This document shows positions 57,969 to 64,000 of a stretch of DNA of 64,000 nucleotides, one piece after another. The translations under genes and the position numbers were made by a program. Source of the stretch: a virus; the IMG/VR virus record IMGVR_UViG_3300028556_000001, positions 1 to 64,000 of that record; one strand, 5' to 3'. The notes under the pieces were generated by a model that was not told the DNA's origin, made no database searches, and saw nothing but the letters and a program-made list of their open reading frames with translations. Within the stretch, counting starts at the first letter, position 1; every line of letters starts with the position of its first letter.

Positions 57969-58929
57969 TTACGGCTTGTCCTTCTCCAGTAGCCGTGCGT
58001 AGTCTTCCCATGTCTTCAGCGGGGCTTCCGGCTGGAGTTGTTCGTTGTAGGTCTCGACGTAGGCGTCCCACTCCTGCCGGGAGTTGCAGATTCGCGGGAA
58101 GGACTCAATGAACTCCACGACGACGAAGGGTTGGGACTCGCGCTCGCCGGGCGCATCCATCTGCTCCATGCGGTAGAAGACGGTTACGCCGGGGCCGTGG
58201 GCGAAGTATTTTTCGCGGGTCATAGGGGATAGACAACTTTGGCGGGTTGCAGTGTTTTCATTTCGTCGTTTATGGCTTTATATTCGGCGTCGTCTGCCGG
58301 GCAGATAAGCGTGTCTGGGTATTTTGTGAACAGGGTATTGAACCAGTCAATCCATGCGGCGTCGCAGGCCGACCTTTGCTCATCGGTGGGCCTGCCTTTC
58401 CTGCAAATTTCACGGTAATCCAATTCAAATTGATGCACGCACATGCAGAATTTCCACCTCCGCAAGTCGTTGTAGGGCGTCGCCTCCAGCAAATTCCACA
58501 TCTCCTGCGTGGTTTTTACGTTCATGGTGGCGGCTCCTGCATCTTGGCCTTCCATTCCTGCATCTCGACCGCGTAGGTTTCATTCAGCCAGTCCTGAAAG
58601 GAGACTCCGATGGGCACGACCGCGAGCGATACCTGCTGCTGATACTCGTCGGACTTGTCCTTGAACCACGCCTCCATCGGAGCCTTCCAAGAAGGCCAGA
58701 TGGCCTGCCTGTCGGCGTTCCTGACGACGTAGCGGTGGAGCGGGTCAACCCCCAGAATCTCCTTGGCCGCTTGAACCGCCAGCTTCAGCGTGGCGTGTGT
58801 GGATGCCTCGCGCTCGACCAGTATCTTGCCGAGCTCGGGGTGCTCCATCATCTCCTCACGCATGACGGAGAAGCAGGGGAAGGCCAGTGTTTGTGGAGAG
58901 TCTGAATCCATCTCTTTATCCTCCATCAT
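57969..58929 (-). other. three small hypothetical genes (57969-58223, 58220-58525, 58522-58929)
   Basis: Coupled by ATGA overlaps. Confidence 0.55.
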
Positions 58930-58986
58930 CCCCTTCTATTTGTCAAACCGGGTTGCGTTTTTTCTGGAGGTGGATAAGTTGCTAAA

Positions 58987-59220
58987 ATGGAGAACAAGGA
59001 GCTGGAGGAACTGGTCAAAAAGCGCATCAACGAACTAGGGGAGCACTGGGACGCAATTCAGTTCATGGCCACCCGCTTGGGCAAGAACGGCGAGACTGAG
59101 GATATGTTCTGGGGCGTCGGCAACCAATATGCCAGAGAGGGCTTAATAATGGAATTGGTCAAGCGCGACTGGGCCGAGGAAGCGGCTCACTGGATAAAAA
59201 AGAAACAGGATGCCGAATGA
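58987..59220 (+). CDS. phage hypothetical protein
   Basis: LGEHWDAIQF...GVGNQYAREG. Confidence 0.6.
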   Translation: MENKELEELVKKRINELGEHWDAIQFMATRLGKNGETEDMFWGVGNQYAREGLIMELVKRDWAEEAAHWIKKKQDAE

Positions 59221-59519
59221 AACGCAGCCCACTCAAAAGAACCACAGGACTCCGCCGCTCCTCGCGCCTCAATCGCGTGTCGCCCAAGCGCAGGAAGCAA
59301 CTGGCCGACTATACAAAACTCCGGCGGGAATTTCTGGAGACGCACATGCGCTGTATGGTGGGTGACTGCACGAACTTAGCCGAGGAAATCCATCACATGG
59401 GGTATCGCAATGGAGCCCGATTAAACGACGTTTCCAAATTCCTCGCCACCTGCAAGCAGCACCACAACGCGATTCACCGAAACCCGGCATGGGCACGCTC
59501 ACACGGGTTTCTCGTCTAG
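59217..59519 (+). CDS. HNH-like endonuclease
   Basis: MKRSPLKR start; C...C...EIHH...CKQHHNAIH. Confidence 0.72.
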   Translation: MKRSPLKRTTGLRRSSRLNRVSPKRRKQLADYTKLRREFLETHMRCMVGDCTNLAEEIHHMGYRNGARLNDVSKFLATCKQHHNAIHRNPAWARSHGFLV

Positions 59520-61264
59520 CCCCTGCTCTTTCGCCATCTCCTCAAGCTGCTTCTCGACCGCCTCATCATTCTGGTGAATCCAAGCGTGTAACTCCGGCTT
59601 GTGCTGCTCAATCCACGCATCGAACGCCAACATCCCCGACTCCCGCGTCTCCAGCGCCTTTGACTTGTATTGGTAGAGAAAGGTGTCCCACGCCTCGATA
59701 AACTGCCGCTCCATTGCCTTCGTGTCCTCCGGCCAGACCACCATGCGGCCATCCCTGTCCGCTATCGTCAGGACATACCGCTTGGCCGGGTCTTCCCGGC
59801 TGGCGTTCTGACACCAGCGGATTGTGTCCTCCAGCGAGTCGGTGCAGGCCCGGCGGTTGAACTTCATCCGCAGGCCGAGGATGTTTTCGTCGCAGACTAC
59901 TTCGTCCACGATGAGGAACGGGAAGGGCGGTGTCATTTAAAAACCGATTGTAGTTGAGTATTAAGCCATCCCCTAAACGTAGACATCCAGCGCGGCCCCC
60001 AATACCAGCGCGAACGGCCAAGTGCATAGGCCGTGTACCAAATCATCTCTCGTGTTATCTGTTCGTTAAATTCGAACTTCTCGCAGGCTTTAATTGTTTC
60101 TTTGTAATTCATTGGGATTTCTGTTTTCGTTTCAGTTGGCGACGAAGGGATTTGAGTTCGGCTTGCAGGCGCATGGCCTCGTAGAATGCCGAGGGCGCAG
60201 AGATTGACGCTCTGCGTAAATTTACATCAGCCTCTTCCTGATAGAATCGGGAGGTGTGAATTAGGGCTTTGGTTTTCCGGGTTGCGCTCACGGCTTGGCC
60301 TCCAAGTAGAAATACCATTCATCCACCAGCTTGCCGCTCTCGTCAACCACTTCCTTGCGCTGGTATTTATGGTGGCTGATGGACACGCCGTTGACAACCA
60401 CGGGCGTCCAATGCTGGTGCGCGGGCATGACGGTCAAGGTCTGGCCTGCCAGCGGCCCACCGATGAAGCGCACCGGCCTTTCGACCAAGTAGAAAGCCGG
60501 GTCTGTGACGTTGGCTAGGAGTGTTGCGGTCATGCGTATGGGCCTTCTATTACCAGCGTAAAATTACAAAAATAACCATCTGGACTTGTTCCGTTTGGAA
60601 AAATAGAATGCAGACGCTCGCCATATTCTTTGATGTTCTGATTTATGGCTTTAGCAAGGTTGGAATCATAATTTTCACCCAAGTATCGCTCCACTGTAAT
60701 TGTTGCGATTCTATATTTTGGAGATTTCATTTTCCGCCCTCCAGTATCTCCCGATAGCCGTCCCACGACAGCAAGCCAACCTCATGTTCCATGACCAGAT
60801 TTTCCACCAGCCGCCATGCGTCCCATGCTCGCGGGAAGGTAAAGGTCTTTTCATCGCAGATGATGGCTTCAATCACGGTCTTTCGGGGTTCGCGGTGAAA
60901 TAGAATCTCCACGCCGGGGCCGTGCGGAAAGGACAAAGATTCAGGATTGGGAGGCATTGGCAAAGTTTCTCGGAATCAAGGTGCGGGTTATTGGCTGGCC
61001 GGAATGACTGGCATAGGGGTCATTTCGGGAAATCGCGCCAATGGTTTCGGGAATATCAAATTGTGGCATTTCCGCCCAATGAGTTACTTTTGAATTTGTA
61101 TATTTGGACATTTCTGCGAGTTTTCCGGTCGCGGTAAAGTGGCCGGGCAATCCCGGCTCAACATGGCCGAGACACTGTAAACAAAACACCAAATTCTTGT
61201 CAGGGTCTGGCTCGCGGCCACAATCAATCTCATGCCAATCTAAGTTATCTTCCATGCTCGCCAC
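59516..61264 (-). other. cluster of small hypothetical genes, including a DUF551-like ORF (60941-61264)
   Basis: Packed minus-strand ORFs; VTHWAEMP motif. Confidence 0.55.
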
Positions 61265-61332
61265 CCTACCACATCTTCGGACTTCCGCAAGTCAGGCTCG
61301 ACTTTTTCCTCCAACCAGCCATTCTCCGGGGT

Positions 61333-61785
61333 ATGTCCAGTGAGTTAGCCCAGCCGCCAGCCATCCCCGCCACCCTCGAAATTCACGGAACCATCGTCAG
61401 GACTCTGGCAGGAAAGGCCGTTTCCGTGCCCGCAGAGGGGTCTTCGACGGAAATGGCTATCCGGGCATCGGGACACTCCCTCCTGTCGCTCCTAGACCAA
61501 GTGGAAGCCCATTACGCCGATGCCTTGGAGCACTGGGGGGGCGACCTCAAGGACTACCCACTGTCGTCCAAAGCCATTCGTGACCTTGCCGCCGCCAAAG
61601 TGGAGGTTATCAACGCCCTGAAGGACACCGGCACCCCGGCCAAGAAGCCGCCCGGCAAATCCCCGCAGAACATGGTGCAACTCGCCCAGAGCCGGACAAC
61701 CACCTTGGACGAGGATGGGAAGGTCAAAACCCAAGTTGAGGAGCGCACCGTCACCGGCCCGGCGGAGAAGGTCATGCCACAATAG
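61333..61785 (+). CDS. putative terminase small subunit
   Basis: 150-aa helical ORF immediately upstream of terL; position only. Confidence 0.4.
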   Translation: MSSELAQPPAIPATLEIHGTIVRTLAGKAVSVPAEGSSTEMAIRASGHSLLSLLDQVEAHYADALEHWGGDLKDYPLSSKAIRDLAAAKVEVINALKDTGTPAKKPPGKSPQNMVQLAQSRTTTLDEDGKVKTQVEERTVTGPAEKVMPQ

Positions 61786-61787
61786 CG

Positions 61788-63794
61788 ATGTATCCCTACC
61801 AGAAATATGACAAGGTTCACGAAATCATCGTCAACCTAGAGAACCCCGACCGCTGGATGGAGGCCGGGAATTACATTCTGGTCAACTTGTGTGGGCAACC
61901 CCCACTCGCCCAGAATGAGCAGGATGGCAAGGAGGCCTGTAACGCGCACTTCTTTTCCCTCTTGGACAACGACAACTACCTCATGGCTGCGGTCATGGCG
62001 TGGGGGCTGGATGGGTTCGACCCAAGGCCCAAGTGTGTGCGGCGGATTTTTAAGGCCATTAAGGACGAAAACAAGCTGATGCTGCAAGGAGCTTCGAGTC
62101 TCAGTAAAACATTCAGTGCATCCGTTTGGATTCTCCTGGACTGGTGCCGCGACCCGGAACACACCGCCGTCCGCTTGGCGAGTATGTCCGAGATGCATTT
62201 GAAGAACAATCTCTTCTCCTCCATTATTCGTCTGTGGCGAAGCTCGGCCATTAAGTTGCCGGGTCAGGCTTCTGCCGCGCTCTTTCTCGGCCTTGACCCC
62301 AACTCGGGAAACTCCTGTATTCGCGGCATCACCTTCCCGAAGGACGACAACATCACTGGGCGATTCCTGTCCTTCAAGTTCTACAATCGGACGCCCGTTC
62401 ACCCGGTATTCGGCAAGACTTCCCGTCTGCGAATCTTTCTGGATGAGTTCAATAAAATTTCCCCCGGCGTTATCCGTGACTTAAACTCGGTCGTGGCCTC
62501 CATGTTCGACAAGGAGCACATTAAAATCATCACTGCCTACAATCCCGCCGACACCTCGCACGCGAGCTATCAACTGGCGGAGCCGGAAGTGGGTTGGGGC
62601 GGTGTTGACCCGGACAAGGACTGGCGGTGGAAGTCCAAGAGAGGAGGCTGGCAGATAGAGCGGCTGGACGGAATGCAGTGCGAGAACGTTATTGAAAACA
62701 AAGTCCTCTACCCCGGCTTCTTGACCAAGGAAGCCTACGACGGGTATCAGACGCACGGGGACAATTCCGCCGACTACTGGACATACGGACGGGGCTGGTT
62801 CCCCATGACCGGGGCGCACAACACCATCATCAACCTGCACTCCCTGAACGTCGCCAAGCGTATTCCGATTTACCTCAAGAACGTGACGGAAATGGCGTCC
62901 GTTGACACGGCCATGATAAATGACAAGACGTGGTTCACGAAATATCGTTACGGTCAGGCGATAGGCTGGATAAAACAGAACGGGGAGAAAGAGTATTTTG
63001 GCGGCGACATCAACAAGCAGGAGATTCGCTGGATTGTTTATCTGGACGATTGGGCCATAATCCCCGGCGCAAAGGATGAATGGGAACTCGCCGGAGCCAT
63101 CGCCGAAACGTGTAAATCCCATAACGTCGCCCCCAAGTGGACAGCCGTGGATGCGACAGGGGCCGGACATGCCATCAAGAACGCGCTATTGCGTATCTTT
63201 GGGGACGTATTTGGCGTGAACTGGGTGGAAGGCTGTTCGGACAAGAAGATGGTTTTGGAGGACACGGAAGGGCCGGAGGGCAACTACTCCACGGTCAACT
63301 GCGAGATGTGGTTTACTTTCAAACGCTGGATTGAGGGCGGCATTATCTTCATCAACCCCAAACTCGATACCGAGAAGCTATTTGACCAGCTTACGACGAG
63401 GCGGCAACGGGCCAACAAAGTTAGCGCAGGCAAAGTGCAGGTGGAATCAAAGGCCGAGTGGCGCAGTCGGGCCGGACATGGAGAGTCGCCGGACGCTGCC
63501 GATTCCGCAATCCAAATCACGCAGCTTATCCGTCACCGCCATGAAATTATCCCCTCCATCGGCAAAGCTGCCGTGGATGCCAAAGCCGCCACCGCGTCAG
63601 GCCGCACCGTCTGGGATGAATGGAGAGAGAGGTTTAAACCAACGGAAACCGAGAACTGGAAAAAACATGGCGTGGAGGACAACCAGCCGGACGACCCGGA
63701 AAACGACGTGCAGAACGAGTCGTGGTCTATCGAACAGGAGTTGGGGGGTTCGTCACCAGCCGACGAAGAGGAGGAGGTTTTCCCAACATGGTAA
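61788..63794 (+). CDS. terL: terminase large subunit
   Basis: Variant Walker A MLQGASSLSKT, Walker B IFLDE, TAYNP coupling motif, nuclease motifs ASVDTA, VDATGAG, SPDAADS. Confidence 0.82.
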   Translation: MYPYQKYDKVHEIIVNLENPDRWMEAGNYILVNLCGQPPLAQNEQDGKEACNAHFFSLLDNDNYLMAAVMAWGLDGFDPRPKCVRRIFKAIKDENKLMLQGASSLSKTFSASVWILLDWCRDPEHTAVRLASMSEMHLKNNLFSSIIRLWRSSAIKLPGQASAALFLGLDPNSGNSCIRGITFPKDDNITGRFLSFKFYNRTPVHPVFGKTSRLRIFLDEFNKISPGVIRDLNSVVASMFDKEHIKIITAYNPADTSHASYQLAEPEVGWGGVDPDKDWRWKSKRGGWQIERLDGMQCENVIENKVLYPGFLTKEAYDGYQTHGDNSADYWTYGRGWFPMTGAHNTIINLHSLNVAKRIPIYLKNVTEMASVDTAMINDKTWFTKYRYGQAIGWIKQNGEKEYFGGDINKQEIRWIVYLDDWAIIPGAKDEWELAGAIAETCKSHNVAPKWTAVDATGAGHAIKNALLRIFGDVFGVNWVEGCSDKKMVLEDTEGPEGNYSTVNCEMWFTFKRWIEGGIIFINPKLDTEKLFDQLTTRRQRANKVSAGKVQVESKAEWRSRAGHGESPDAADSAIQITQLIRHRHEIIPSIGKAAVDAKAATASGRTVWDEWRERFKPTETENWKKHGVEDNQPDDPENDVQNESWSIEQELGGSSPADEEEEVFPTW

Positions 63795-64000
63795 GGAGAA
63801 TCAAACGCCAGAACGTGCTCCTCCCGCGCCAGAAGTGGAAGGTCAGAGTTGACGGCGTGGAATACGAGGATTGGGACATCGAGGCCATCGTGGAGCGCGT
63901 GACGGCCTTTCGGGTGGCCAACCGGGAGTCCGCTGACGACGTTGCCGACGAAGTGGAGCGTCAGTTGTGCGAGCAGTATCCCATGTATGCCGAGGAATTA
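63788..64000 (+). CDS. 3'-truncated hypothetical protein
   Basis: ATG 63788 overlaps the terL end; frame is open to the window end. Confidence 0.55.
   Translation, partial: MVRRIKRQNVLLPRQKWKVRVDGVEYEDWDIEAIVERVTAFRVANRESADDVADEVERQLCEQYPMYAEEL

Noticed and set aside
1-64000. Host or taxonomic assignment, and prophage versus free phage
   Set aside because: No att site, integrase or host genes are visible, so it cannot be supported without database comparison

Overview
The window is a large part of a tailed dsDNA (podovirus-like) phage or prophage genome; no host housekeeping genes are recognisable. Left to right it holds: a glycan-modification cluster (GT11, GT25, GT2-like, two SAM methyltransferases, a beta-propeller glyco-enzyme) with an embedded RNA ligase; membrane/lysis-like genes; a minus-strand early block with RusA-like and LexA-DBD genes; the structural module (major capsid, LamG and Ig/DUF5977-like proteins, tail tubular proteins, ejection proteins including a 2197-aa polyvalent protein with kinase-like and HExxH domains); SSB, exonuclease and many small early genes; and the terminase. 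No portal, polymerase, integrase or endolysin was recognised. The most striking feature is four related cargo-carrying IS1-like elements with GGYASTG ends. Two are intact and nested (6161 bp with an 8-bp TSD splitting a Topo VIA/Spo11-like TOPRIM gene; 3028 bp inside it with a 9-bp TSD). They share an RHH / transposase / ~100-aa gene core and carry a tRNA-like RNA and a TrpC gene. The other two are non-autonomous, have deleted transposases and lack TSDs. Also notable are a structured, possibly pseudoknotted capsid leader RNA and a palindromic TGTGWWCACA box at four early promoters. All family assignments are by eye from motifs, not from database searches.
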